From Spirochaetota bacterium (GTDB lineage Bacteria > Spirochaetota > UBA4802 > UBA5550): a DNA stretch of 64,000 bases. The notes under the pieces were generated by a model, which saw nothing but the letters and a program-made list of their open reading frames with translations, was not told the origin of the DNA and did no database searches. Location: contig JBNKTL010000021.1 of assembly GCA_050298055.1 (NCBI GenBank), positions 22,054-86,053 of the forward strand. Direction: 5' to 3'. The number at the start of each line of letters is the position of its first letter. Position 1 is the stretch's first letter. This document shows, piece by piece, positions 30,281 through 42,763 of this stretch. The position numbers and the translations under genes were made by a program.

Positions 30281-32188
30281 ATGAATTGCAAAATAACTGG
30301 AGTCATGAATATGCATTATGAAAATCTCTTAAAACAACTCACACCGGTTTTATCAAAAACTTCGAAAGATCTCCTTGAACCTCTTCTTCTCTATTCCCGG
30401 ATCAGCAGGGTCGATTCCGGGATCTGCTGTGAAATTGAAGGATTAGATAATGAAAACGAATCACTGATTTTTCTTGATCCCCGGGAGATAAACAAGTCAA
30501 CGCCGGAGCCTTTTAGAAATTTCTTTTCTCTTTGCAGCGGGATAGAGATGGGAACCCAGGGAGATACAGACCAGCTGATACTTCATGACGGCTTTTCCGG
30601 AACATTGCAAACAGAAGGGATCGACGCCTGGTCAGAAAACTTTCCTTTTCCCTTTTCCGAAGACCTCTGCGCTCCCATTGATAAGGGCCTGTCCGATTAT
30701 TATGTCTTCCACCCGGGAAACGGGAAACTCTGCCGGCAGACAGAGGGCACACTGAGATATATCCGTGAGTGCAATGATCCGGTTGAGATTTATCTCCGAG
30801 AAGTCCATTACCGGCTCAGGATTGAATTAAGAGAGGGAAGCGACCTTTATAAAATTGTCAGTTCAATGCCGCATCCTCATGAATGGGTGGAAGAGGAATG
30901 GCTGCATGATCCCGAAGGATATAAAGAACATATAGAGTGGAAAAAACAGGAGGCCTCCTATAATACTCTCAGCAAGCAGCTTCAGGATGCCGTTAACAGC
31001 GGAGATTTCTCCGGGGCGGCAGAGATCGGGGATTCCCTGCTCCAGCTTCCCCATGTAACTCCCGGCGAGATAGATGCAAACGACTGCCAGTTGATCAGCA
31101 TGTCCTACACCTCCACGGGAAGACATGATAAATCAATAGAGCTTGTTGAAAACTGGAAGCCCCTGAAAGAAAACAAAAGAATGATGTCGTGGTTCATAAC
31201 CATAATGATACATGCCTCCTCCTTCGAAAAAGCAATTGAGACCTGGAAGCGCCATAAACCTTTTCTTACACATGAAGAATTTGACCCCTTTATGATCACT
31301 AACCTGCTTTGCGCATATGACCGGCTGGGACGTTATGAAGAAGCCATAAATGAACTGGAAGACTATTTCACAAAAAAGGGAGCCGGCGGCGACAAAGGGC
31401 TCATGAAATTTAATGCCGCCTGCCTCTACTCTCTCTGCGGCCGGATAGACCACAGCCTGAAAATGGCAGCCCTCTCCCTTGAAGAAGGGAAAGACAGGGA
31501 GAGCTTTTATTCCGATCCGGGCCTCGAGAACTTCCGGAAAGAGCCTGCCTTTGCCCTGCTCATGAGTGAAGAACCCGTTACTGCACTGGCTTTTCTTCAG
31601 AAGGGAACTGCCCGCTATGCTGAGCTTGTTCTCAACAGGAAGAGACAGGAAGTGATCACCAGGGAAAGTTCCCATAAAGAAAATCCCGTTTCGTGCCGGG
31701 AATCAGTAGAGGAACATAAAAACCGGGCAGACACCATTCTGGCATATCTGCACAAAAAGAAAGATTATCTTGACGCCGGATATGAAGAGACACCACCCCT
31801 GTGTATTGAATACTGGGTAAAGCAGTTCACCCTGGACCTCAGGATAGTCAAAGAGAGACAGGAAAAGGGAGAGCTCCCGGCATTCGGATGTTATTATATT
31901 GAATGGAATCCCGGGGAGAGTGACTGCCAGAGAAATATCTGGATAGGATATTACAACCATGCGGCAATAGGGGAAATTGATCTCTCCGCCGGCAAACATT
32001 TCTCTTTAGATAATGAACTGGGAGAAGGCACTGACGGCGGACCTCCCATTGATACTTCCGGACAGTTTGAAACGATTGTTAAAGAACTTATTCAGACAAA
32101 AGAGTATCAGGCCATACAAAAAGAGTCCCCCTTCTATTTTGTTTACCAGGAACATGACGGACCGCACATCTCCACTGTGAAGATATAA
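30281..32188 (+). CDS. Multidomain protein: SUKH/SMI1-like N-terminus, TPRs, WGR-like domain
   Basis: PEPFRNFFSLCSG...APIDKGLSDYYVFHP; TPR-type FNAACLYS...SDPGLENFR; degenerate WGR-like segment ending KKKDYLDAGYEE. Confidence 0.6.
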   Translation: MNCKITGVMNMHYENLLKQLTPVLSKTSKDLLEPLLLYSRISRVDSGICCEIEGLDNENESLIFLDPREINKSTPEPFRNFFSLCSGIEMGTQGDTDQLILHDGFSGTLQTEGIDAWSENFPFPFSEDLCAPIDKGLSDYYVFHPGNGKLCRQTEGTLRYIRECNDPVEIYLREVHYRLRIELREGSDLYKIVSSMPHPHEWVEEEWLHDPEGYKEHIEWKKQEASYNTLSKQLQDAVNSGDFSGAAEIGDSLLQLPHVTPGEIDANDCQLISMSYTSTGRHDKSIELVENWKPLKENKRMMSWFITIMIHASSFEKAIETWKRHKPFLTHEEFDPFMITNLLCAYDRLGRYEEAINELEDYFTKKGAGGDKGLMKFNAACLYSLCGRIDHSLKMAALSLEEGKDRESFYSDPGLENFRKEPAFALLMSEEPVTALAFLQKGTARYAELVLNRKRQEVITRESSHKENPVSCRESVEEHKNRADTILAYLHKKKDYLDAGYEETPPLCIEYWVKQFTLDLRIVKERQEKGELPAFGCYYIEWNPGESDCQRNIWIGYYNHAAIGEIDLSAGKHFSLDNELGEGTDGGPPIDTSGQFETIVKELIQTKEYQAIQKESPFYFVYQEHDGPHISTVKI

Positions 32189-32267
32189 GGGAACTTAAAC
32201 TGCTTACGCTTCGCGTAAAAAACTCTCTATCGATGTCCCATAATGACTGATAAACCATTAGTTATAT

Positions 32268-33664
32268 TTGATGAATCCGGCACAGGATCCTGAAGCATTT
32301 CCGGCCCTGGTGATTTCCGGAAAGAGGAACTCTATTGTTTATGATGCCATGAGAACCGATCAAAAGGAGAATAAGGGGGAAGAAAAACTCCGGCAAGGTA
32401 ATCAGGACCGGGAGTGGCAACAGGTTGATGCACGGGTTCTCGGGCAGATGCTTGCCATGCAAAATTTTCTGTTTCTTTTACCCCATGAAAAGCAAATTGC
32501 CGAATTCTTTTCCGAAGCTATCGGTAAAATCCCGGGTGTGGCTTCCTGTCTCGTCTGCCTGGGAGGACCTCCCGAACCGGCGGGGACCGTAAATGACCTC
32601 TGCAATGAATGGTTGACAGGATGTATGAGCTGTATGGGGTAAACAGGGAAGACTCTACGGGAGCCTATGAAACCTGGCTGAACAGGGTACATCCCGATGA
32701 CCGCGCTGCCAGCAATGAGATATCGGAACAGGCTCAGAGGGGCGAGAGGGACTACGACACCGAGTTTCGTGTTGTATGGCCCGATAAGAGCGTCCATTAT
32801 CTCAAAGCATACGGACAATTCGTGAGGGACAGTGAGGGCAGACCGTTACGGATGACGGAGATCAACTATGATATTACCCACTGGAAACGCGCCGAAGAAA
32901 AAATCCTTCAGCTTAACCAGGAACTTGAACAGCGGGTCTTCGAGCGTACCGCCCAGCTGGAATTGACAAACAGGGAACTGGAGGCCTTTGCCTATTCGGT
33001 CTCCCACGACCTGCGCGCGCCGCTGCGTCATATCAACGGCTTCCTGAAACTGCTGCATCAGAGAATAGACGGTGTTCTCGACGATCCCGGCCGGAAATAT
33101 ATGTCCACTATCTCCGAATCCACAGACCGAATGGACCAGTTAATCAATGACCTGCTCTCATTTTCCCGCATGGGACGGAATGAGATGACAAAAATGAAGG
33201 TGAACCTGGAGGAACTTGTCCGGGAGGTCATCCGGGAATATGAACCGGAGATACAGGACCGCTCCATCAAGTGGAACATCGGCACTCTTCCCGAAGTCAT
33301 CTGCGACAGGGCGATGCTGCGACTGGTTTTTGTCAATCTCATCTCCAATGCCCTGAAATTCACCCGTGCCCGCCGGCAGGCAGAAATCGAAATCGGGTCC
33401 CTGGATGACAGGGAGAATGAGACCGTCATTTATGTCCGGGATAATGGAGTGGGTTTTGATATTTCTTATTCTGACAGGCTTTTTATCGTGTTCCAGCGAT
33501 TGCACCAATCCAATGAATTTGAAGGCACCGGTATCGGCCTGGCCAATGTGCGCCGGATCATCCGCCGGCATGGAGGCCGTACCTGGGCCGAAGGTGTCCT
33601 CAACGTGGGAGCGACCTTTTACTTCTCGCTGCCGTCATCTTCTCAGGATGAAAAATTCACTTAA
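32268..33664 (+). pseudogene. PAS-domain sensor histidine kinase split by a frameshift or deletion near 32610
   Basis: 32609..33664 has a PAS fragment, SHDLRAPL, NLISNALKF, DNGVG, GTGIGLA but begins mid-PAS; the upstream ORF 32268..32642 overlaps it out of frame. Confidence 0.65.
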
Positions 33665-33675
33665 TTTGCTTGAGC

Positions 33676-33712
33676 CACTGTAGCTGCTGGTATAAACCTG
33701 CAGCTACAGTGG
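33676..33712. terminator. Hairpin between the convergent kinase and katG genes
   Basis: ccactgtagctgc ... gcagctacagtgg stem. Confidence 0.75.
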
Positions 33713-33726
33713 TTATTTGCCTCTGA

Positions 33727-35949
<2,223 letters not shown>

Positions 35950-36017
35950 TTATGTTAATAAAATTTACGCACCAAGGTGCAATGAGTTAAGTCGTTCAGA
36001 GAATATCTTTCGAATGA

Positions 36018-36144
36018 GTAACTATTCAGTTATATGGATATAAATATACACACCGGTCATCTATCACTGACTTTTGCAGCAGATAAAAATATCATATTAC
36101 TCATTTAATAACATGTCTATTCATAAATATATCTGATCAGCTAT
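36018..36144. mobile_element. Degenerate MITE-like element in the katG upstream region
   Basis: Left end gtaactattcagttatatg; right end tatatctgatcagctat. Confidence 0.45.
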
Positions 36145-36168
36145 CCCATATCAATAAATAATATTATA

Positions 36169-36183
36169 TGATAATAATTATCA
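36169..36183. promoter_or_regulatory. Fur/PerR-type 7-1-7 operator upstream of katG
   Basis: TGATAAT-A-ATTATCA perfect inverted repeat. Confidence 0.75.
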
Positions 36184-36201
36184 TTTAAAAACAAAAAAAT
36201 A

Positions 36202-36645
36202 TTATTCATTTCTAGCCATACACTTACCGCATATACCAAAAAAGTCGAGCCGGTGATTAAGGATCTTAAAATTCGTCTCTGATGCCACCTCTTTTTTCAG
36301 TTCATCAAGACTCTCCAGGTCCGGGTCCACAATTTTTTTACACCTGATACAGATAACATGGGGATGAGGAAGGGGCCTTTTCCCATCATACCGGTTGCTC
36401 CCATCGGGAAATCCCAGCTCAAGGACTTCACCAAGTGATTTGATTATGAGGATATTTCTGTATACAGTAGCAAGACTCATGGTGGGAAAATCTGTTTTTA
36501 TCTGCTCATAGATATCCTCAACACTGGGATGTCCTTCACTTTCAGCCAGAATATCAGCTATAGCCAGTCTCTGGGGTGTTATCTTATGGCCATTGTCCCT
36601 GAGTTTTTGAATAATTGCTTCAAATCTTTTATTTTTCTCTGTCAC
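36202..36645 (-). CDS. Fur-family repressor, probably PerR-like
   Basis: ITPQRLAI, HPSVEDIY, SLATVYRN, HPHVICIRC, CGKC; adjacent to katG. Confidence 0.9.
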   Translation of the reverse strand: MTEKNKRFEAIIQKLRDNGHKITPQRLAIADILAESEGHPSVEDIYEQIKTDFPTMSLATVYRNILIIKSLGEVLELGFPDGSNRYDGKRPLPHPHVICIRCKKIVDPDLESLDELKKEVASETNFKILNHRLDFFGICGKCMARNE

Positions 36646-36666
36646 CGGAAGTCACTTTGTATTAAA

Positions 36667-36681
36667 TAATAACAGTTATTA
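36667..36681. promoter_or_regulatory. 7-1-7 palindrome upstream of the Fur-family gene (possible autoregulatory site)
   Basis: TAATAAC-A-GTTATTA. Confidence 0.5.
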
Positions 36682-36762
36682 TATAACAATAATTTTCTTT
36701 AAAGTCAACTTTTTTTTAAATATCCGGGAAAATTTTACCAATACGATTTTATTACCGTGACA

Positions 36763-36804
36763 TGCCACAATAGCCACGGATTAAAACCCGTGGCTATTGT
36801 AGCA
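36763..36804. repeat. REP-like palindrome
   Basis: acaatagccacgg-attaaaac-ccgtggctattgt between divergent genes. Confidence 0.65.
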
Positions 36805-36878
36805 ACATCTTCTACAAATTTACTTGATTATATAATAAAGCAGATTTTACTGTCCGGATAGTTACCCGGTTTAAAAAC

Positions 36879-38018
36879 ATGTCACAGTATAAAATAATCG
36901 CAACCGCCGCCTTCGGCCTTGAATCCGTCGTCGCCCGCGAGCTGAGGAATCTCGGCTGCGAAAACCTCACCACGGAAAACGGGAGGGTGTCATTTACCGG
37001 TGACGAGACCGATATCGCCCGGTGCAACATTTGGCTCCGCTGCGCGGACAGGGTCCTTGTTGAAATCGCCTCCTTCCCGGCAACGGACTTCGAGGAGCTT
37101 TTCCAGGGAACAAAATCGGTAAAGTGGGAGGAGTTCCTCCCGGAGAACGCCTTTATCCATGTAAAGGGAAAATCCATAAAATCAAAACTTTACAGTGTCC
37201 CGGACTGCCAGTCCATTGTCAAGAAGGCCATCATCGAATCCATGAAAAGAAAATACAGGCGAGAGACATTCCCCGAAGACGGAGAAAGGTACAGGATAGA
37301 AATCGCCCTTCTCAAGGACAGGGCATCCATCACGGTTGATACCAGCGGTGAAGGCCTCCACAAGCGGGGATACCGGACAAAGGCTGGTGAGGCCCCTCTC
37401 CGGGAGACACTGGCCGCGGCACTGGTGATCCTCAGCAGGTGGGACCCGGACAGGGTCCTGGCGGACCCCCTCTGCGGCTCCGGGACCATCCCCGTTGAAG
37501 CGGCCCTTATAGGCCGAAACATGGCGCCGGGACTCAACAGGTCCTTCGCCTCGGAGAAATGGAAGGAGGTCCCCCCCCATATCTGGAAGAAGCTGAGGAA
37601 GGAGGCTGAGGAAGCGATCAATTACCGGGAGATGACCATCCTGGGATCGGACAAAGAGAAGAGGTCCGTCCAGGTGGCAATGGACAACGCGGAGAGGGCG
37701 GGTGTCGCCGACGCGGTCACTTTCCAGAAAAAGCCCCTCACGGAATTCAGTTCAAAGAAGAAGTACGGGTGCGTCATAACAAACCCTCCCTACGGGGTAC
37801 GGGTGGAAGCGGAATCAGGGACCGGGAAGCTTTCCCGGGAACTGGGAGAAGTTCTGGAACACCTTGAGGACTGGTCCTTTTTCATCATAACCCCGGATGA
37901 AAACTTCGAAAAAGATTTCGGAAGGAAGTCGGATAAAAACAGGAAGCTCTACAACGGAAAGATCAAGTGCTGGCTCCACTCCTACCTGGGGGAACTGCCC
38001 CCGCGGAAAGGCAGATAG
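36879..38018 (+). CDS. THUMP-domain class I SAM-dependent RNA methyltransferase (RlmL/YpsC-like)
   Basis: DTSGEGLHKRGYR, APLRETLAA, DPLCGSGT, TNPPYG. Confidence 0.92.
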   Translation: MSQYKIIATAAFGLESVVARELRNLGCENLTTENGRVSFTGDETDIARCNIWLRCADRVLVEIASFPATDFEELFQGTKSVKWEEFLPENAFIHVKGKSIKSKLYSVPDCQSIVKKAIIESMKRKYRRETFPEDGERYRIEIALLKDRASITVDTSGEGLHKRGYRTKAGEAPLRETLAAALVILSRWDPDRVLADPLCGSGTIPVEAALIGRNMAPGLNRSFASEKWKEVPPHIWKKLRKEAEEAINYREMTILGSDKEKRSVQVAMDNAERAGVADAVTFQKKPLTEFSSKKKYGCVITNPPYGVRVEAESGTGKLSRELGEVLEHLEDWSFFIITPDENFEKDFGRKSDKNRKLYNGKIKCWLHSYLGELPPRKGR

Positions 38019-38020
38019 GT

Positions 38021-40471
38021 CTATTCCAGCAGTATATACTCTCCGTCTTTTTCGGTGAATGTTCCGGTCTTGAGGATATCCGTATACTCCCTGAAGTCTT
38101 TATCACCGGTGAGTGTTTCCAGGAGTAAGTCGATCCTCACGGAGTCCGGGGTCCCGGTAAAGAGCCTGACACTGAGCATATCCTCCCCCGTGAAGCCGAA
38201 ACTCTCAACCGCTTCATCAAAGGCAACACTCTTCTCCCCCTTCTTGCTCCTCTTGACAAGGGCCGTCTTCTTTTCACAGTTCTCCCCGGCTTTCTCCCAT
38301 GCATCCTTCCGGCGGATCCGCACCCGGTACTCCGCTGCGGAGCTTATTGCCATGAGAGAGCTTTTGCCGTCATAATACCTGTATGAATGGAGACGGATAC
38401 CCTCGGGGACTTTTTTATTAAAACTTTCGATAAAACCGGGACCAAACTCCTCGTAGAGATCCAGGTCAAGAAGCTCATGTCCGCTCTCAATCCCCAGGGG
38501 CAGGGGAAATCCCAGGGAGATCCTCTCCCTCTTGTTAAACCCCTGTGTAAAGCTCACAGGGGCCCCTGCCATCCTGAGCCCCCTCTTAATCACCTCCATA
38601 AAATCGATATGGGGAATAAACCGGGCAGGCCCCCTCTTGGAGAGGACCAGCCGTGCCTTCAACTCCACCCTGTACCTCTCCCGGAAAATATCCGCCCCCT
38701 TCTCAATCCTCTCCAGATCAAGCTTGTCCCCGGTATCCGGCGACCTTCTCTCATAGTTCTCCAGGTCAAGGGACCTTGCCCCCATGGAATCCTTCACCTT
38801 TTCGAAACCGGTTTCAACCATGCTCCAGGGAAGGAAGCTCTTCTCATCCCGCTCTTCAAGAAATTCACACCAGCCGGGGACTTTATCATTGAGGGCCGCT
38901 TCCCATTTTTCGGGCTCAAAGTGTTCGCTCCATGAATCGAACCTGCAGCCCGATTTGTAGGCCCCGAGGATGGCGCCCCCCACCCTGCTGTCTCCCCGGG
39001 ATATCACACCCTCCAGGAGGGAGGCCTTTATGTTGTGACTTTTAATCTTTACAAAGGAGGGAAGGTTCTTCTTAATAAAGACCACTTTCTCAAGAAAGTA
39101 GTCTTCGTCCATCTGCTCCTCCCGCTCAAAGGGAGTGTGGGGCTTGGGCACAAAGGGTGAGAGGGTCACGTTGATGTTTTTCTTTTTCCCGGGGATAGCG
39201 ATTATCCTCTTGAGAAGAGAAACAATGGCCTCCCCTTCGTCATACTCCCGGCACCCGGGAAGCCCCAGCATGAAGTAGAGCTTGATATGGTTCCACCCGC
39301 TGTTAAAGACATGTTCAATGATGGCAAGGAGATCACCGGTATTCACCCTCTTGTAGACCCGGGAGCGTATCTCCTCGGAAGCGGACTCAACGGCGAAGGT
39401 CAGGGATGACTTCCTGATATCCGACACGGCCTCAATAAGGGGTAGTGTAGCCACGTCCACCTTCATGGAGGGAAGAGAGACCGATACCCCCCGTGATGAG
39501 AGCAGGGGAAGTATTTCATTGAGAAGTTCAGGCAGACCCTTAACATCACTCACCGAGAGGGAGAGGAGTGACAGTTCATCGTAGCCGGTGTTGTTGATGA
39601 TGGAGATGATACTATCCGCCGCCCCTTCCCGGCTGAGCCCCCTGTAGGGAAGGTCGTAGTATCCCGCGTGACAGAACTTGCACATGTTGCCGCAGCCCCG
39701 GGTAATCTCGTAAACAGCCCTCTCCTGTGTTATACGGATATTGGGAACAACCGGCCTCAGGGGATTGCGGGCCTCGCCGGGCCGGGATACCCTTTTCCGG
39801 ACACTGGCCCCGGCTATACTCACGAGCTTACCACTTTTGTACTCCGGTACATAGTCGCCGGGGATAAGCACCCCTTCGATCTTTCTCAGGAGACTTATCC
39901 TCTCTTCCCGGGAGATGTTCCCGCCCGAGGTTTTGAGCAGCACCTCCGTTATCTCCCTTATCCCCTCCTCGCCGTTCCCCAGGAAAACAGCGTCAACAAA
40001 ATCAAAGACCGGCAGGGGATTGGAGACCGCCGATCCCCCGGCCATGACCAGGGGATCTCCCTCGCCCCTTTCGGCCCCCAGGAAAGGGACCCTCCCCAGG
40101 TCCAGGATCTGGAGCATGTTTGTAGCAAGGAGCTCGTGCGAAAGGTTGAAGGCGATAAGGTCCAGTTCATGAAGTGGGGTGAATGTCTCCAGGGTGTAGA
40201 GGGGGATATCCTCCTCCCTGAGAAGGGCCTCAAAATCGGGGGCAGCGGCAAAGACCCGTTCGCACGCGGCGTCATCCATGCCGTTAACTATATCGTAGAG
40301 GATACGTATCCCGTTGTTTGACATCCCCACTTCGTACATGTCGGGGTACGACACGGCCATCCTCACACGGGCGCTTTCCTTCACCACCGAATTGAGTTCC
40401 CCCCCGGCATACTGCCCCGGCTTCTGCACCTTCAGAAGATGTTTTTCTACCTGTTCCCGTAAGCTTTTCAT
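38021..40471 (-). CDS. TIGR03960-type radical SAM protein fused to a TIGR03936/DUF2344 domain
   Basis: YPDMYEVGMSN, RGCGNMCKFC, FVPKPHTPF; C-terminal RFIPHIDFM...FTQGFN...LPLG. Confidence 0.9.
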   Translation of the reverse strand: MKSLREQVEKHLLKVQKPGQYAGGELNSVVKESARVRMAVSYPDMYEVGMSNNGIRILYDIVNGMDDAACERVFAAAPDFEALLREEDIPLYTLETFTPLHELDLIAFNLSHELLATNMLQILDLGRVPFLGAERGEGDPLVMAGGSAVSNPLPVFDFVDAVFLGNGEEGIREITEVLLKTSGGNISREERISLLRKIEGVLIPGDYVPEYKSGKLVSIAGASVRKRVSRPGEARNPLRPVVPNIRITQERAVYEITRGCGNMCKFCHAGYYDLPYRGLSREGAADSIISIINNTGYDELSLLSLSVSDVKGLPELLNEILPLLSSRGVSVSLPSMKVDVATLPLIEAVSDIRKSSLTFAVESASEEIRSRVYKRVNTGDLLAIIEHVFNSGWNHIKLYFMLGLPGCREYDEGEAIVSLLKRIIAIPGKKKNINVTLSPFVPKPHTPFEREEQMDEDYFLEKVVFIKKNLPSFVKIKSHNIKASLLEGVISRGDSRVGGAILGAYKSGCRFDSWSEHFEPEKWEAALNDKVPGWCEFLEERDEKSFLPWSMVETGFEKVKDSMGARSLDLENYERRSPDTGDKLDLERIEKGADIFRERYRVELKARLVLSKRGPARFIPHIDFMEVIKRGLRMAGAPVSFTQGFNKRERISLGFPLPLGIESGHELLDLDLYEEFGPGFIESFNKKVPEGIRLHSYRYYDGKSSLMAISSAAEYRVRIRRKDAWEKAGENCEKKTALVKRSKKGEKSVAFDEAVESFGFTGEDMLSVRLFTGTPDSVRIDLLLETLTGDKDFREYTDILKTGTFTEKDGEYILLE

Positions 40472-40538
40472 AGAGGGCCAGAGAAAAGGGGGAGGGGATT
40501 TTTTTCAAGGAAATAAAATAATTGTCCCCCCTGTGAAT

Positions 40539-40729
40539 GTAAGTTCTCAAAAACATGGGGGTTATTTAAATCCGACTTAAGCCCCCGGCTCAAATAACTT
40601 TGCCTTGCTTGCTTTACTGAAACGAGCCACCCCCTCAGGGGGTTATTAAATAAAATTAATTTCAATATCAACATAGCGGATTTAGGGGGCTAAACGGAAT
40701 ATGTACCCCCCTTGAAAATGAGAACTTAC
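40539..40729. mobile_element. 191-bp MITE with IS66-like ends and 8-bp target duplication
   Basis: Perfect 11-bp TIR gtaagttctca / tgagaacttac with imperfect extension; flanks ctgtgaat (40531-38) / ctgtcaat (40730-37). Confidence 0.8.
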
Positions 40730-40865
40730 CTGTCAATCAAGACGTGAATTAAATTCAGGGAAAATTACCAAAAATTAAAAAAAGTTTTAATCAATCCGGT
40801 TTCATAATCGTATTAATATTAAGAAAAAATTGCAATCCTGCTTAAAATACCGGAGGTTGAAGATT

Positions 40866-41333
40866 ATGAGGACCACAATCACTATTGATACGGAACTGCT
40901 TGAAAAACTGGAAGAGGCCGCGGGTTCACTCCGTCTGTCAAATAATGAACTGATTTCACTTCTCCTTGCGCGAATTATCAGAAAAGATGAGTTTGAATCC
41001 CGGCCCTATGAGAGAGTTACGTACCAGAAGTGGGGTAAGGATTTTATTATCCTGGAAAAAGAGCATATTAACATAGATTCTGTTTTTTATGAGAAGTATC
41101 TGGATTTAAGAAGGAATTTTAAGTTTTCTGTTTCTTGGTTTATTGCTTTTGCCATCAGGAATTATCTTGATGAACTTGTTTATGATTTGAGTAATCCGCG
41201 TGATACTAAAAAAATCCTGGATAACTATGAAAGAAATTTTGTATATATTACACGCATGCATGATAATGTTCATGTTTTTATTTCAATTCTAGGATTTCCG
41301 GACCAAAAAACCCTGGAAAGACTCATGCTCTAG
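40866..41333 (+). CDS. Hypothetical protein with ribbon-helix-helix-like N-terminus
   Basis: RBS GGAGG; MRTTITIDTELLEKLEEAA...SNNELISLLL; second RHH-like unit HINID...SVSWFIAFAI. Confidence 0.7.
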   Translation: MRTTITIDTELLEKLEEAAGSLRLSNNELISLLLARIIRKDEFESRPYERVTYQKWGKDFIILEKEHINIDSVFYEKYLDLRRNFKFSVSWFIAFAIRNYLDELVYDLSNPRDTKKILDNYERNFVYITRMHDNVHVFISILGFPDQKTLERLML

Positions 41334-41433
41334 CCAAAAAACAATAAAAACCCCCTCAACACAACCACCGGGCTTTACCCGGAAGTTCAGTCACGCCCAG
41401 TCAATTATAAGATTATTCGGAAAAAGCAGAACA

Positions 41434-41670
41434 TTAAAACCTGATATCACATTCACCATAGACAAGCCTGATATGGTCGATCTCGATAAGTATGGCGTTA
41501 CAGATAGTTTCCGGGTCGGTTATTCCTTCGCTTACCATCTCCATGGTCTTCCTCACCGTGGTCTCCACGATCTTCTGCACGGAAAACCGGTACCTCTTCA
41601 GCTTTGTCTCAGGCACCATTTTCCGGACCTGGTCGATCCGGTGTTCGGTAAAATCATATATTTCAGTCAT
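41434..41670 (-). CDS. Small hypothetical protein (~78 aa)
   Basis: ORF MTEIYDF... with a GGGGA RBS-like sequence upstream. Confidence 0.55.
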   Translation of the reverse strand: MTEIYDFTEHRIDQVRKMVPETKLKRYRFSVQKIVETTVRKTMEMVSEGITDPETICNAILIEIDHIRLVYGECDIRF

Positions 41671-41781
41671 GGTTTTGTCCCCAGGTAAAAGGATACTGAG
41701 GGTGTGTAGGGTTTTCAAAAAGTTGTGGGGATTTTGGGTACTCACTAAAAAACTATCATTTTACAGTTTATTACTTGACTA

Positions 41782-41821
41782 AGCGGTCATATGACTATAC
41801 TTTATATGTCATATGACCGCT
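41782..41821. promoter_or_regulatory. Operator palindrome overlapping the TA promoter
   Basis: agcggtcatatgac-N12-gtcatatgaccgct, next to TTGACT (41775) and TATACT (41796). Confidence 0.75.
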
Positions 41822-41834
41822 AGGAGAAAAGACC

Positions 41835-42302
41835 ATGTCGATGAATCATGATGCAATGATGTTTAACTATGCTTATTTACATGAAATGTATAAAATTCCC
41901 GAATCAATGATTAAAAAAATTCATAATGATATTGAGCTTATTGAAGTTATTCGAAAATATTTTATTTCAAGCTACGCAGAAAGTTTTATCAATTTTTCCG
42001 AATTACCCCTCAAGACTTTATCAGGTTTACTCCCGATTTCATTAAGTACACTCCAGAGAGAATTGAAGTCAAAGAAAAAGAAACTGGAAATACCTGTAAG
42101 CGAGGCTTTTATTGAAATCGGGGAGGTTTATAAAATGGGTCTGATCGCTTTTGACGGTGATAAAGACCGTTTCAATGAATGGCTTAATACCAAAAACCCC
42201 TATTTTAATAACGAAAGGCCCCTGTATATTATGGACACTCACAAAGGACGTGACCTGGTAAAAGATGAGTTGATACGTATAGAATACAGTGAGTTTAGCT
42301 GA
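41835..42302 (+). CDS. Xre/MbcA/ParS-type antitoxin
   Basis: HTH-like ISLSTLQR; C-terminal WLNTKNPYFNNERPL...GRDLVKDELIRIEY. Confidence 0.9.
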   Translation: MSMNHDAMMFNYAYLHEMYKIPESMIKKIHNDIELIEVIRKYFISSYAESFINFSELPLKTLSGLLPISLSTLQRELKSKKKKLEIPVSEAFIEIGEVYKMGLIAFDGDKDRFNEWLNTKNPYFNNERPLYIMDTHKGRDLVKDELIRIEYSEFS

Positions 42303-42763
42303 TGATTTTATACAGGATGGCAAAGAAAAGACGGGCAGATGATTTAAGCGGAGAAGGATCAGAAAAAGCCGGGGGACGATGGAACAATAAAGGATACCCG
42401 GCTCTTTATCTCGCACATAACCGTTCGTTAGCCGTTCTTGAAACAATAGTGCATTCTCAATGTATCAGGGACCTGTATAACAGGTATATTCTGTCCATTG
42501 AAGTTCCTGAGGATATGATTGATATCTTTGATAGGAAGAAATTGCCCAATAACTGGAATACAACACCGTATAGTAATTTTACCATTATAGAAGGAACAAA
42601 GTGGTTACAGTCATTCAATAATCTCATATTAAAAATGCCGTCAGCCGTGGTTCCCGAAGAATATATTTTTATGGTTAACCCAAGGCATCCGGAAGCAAAG
42701 AGAGTAAGAATAATTGGGAAAGAAATATTCAAGCCTGATAACAGGCTTGTTTTGGGGAAATAG
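42302..42763 (+). CDS. RES-domain toxin (NAD+ phosphorylase family)
   Basis: LYRM, GGRWN, LAVLE, PSAVVP, NPRHP; coupled to the antitoxin. Confidence 0.92.
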   Translation: MILYRMAKKRRADDLSGEGSEKAGGRWNNKGYPALYLAHNRSLAVLETIVHSQCIRDLYNRYILSIEVPEDMIDIFDRKKLPNNWNTTPYSNFTIIEGTKWLQSFNNLILKMPSAVVPEEYIFMVNPRHPEAKRVRIIGKEIFKPDNRLVLGK

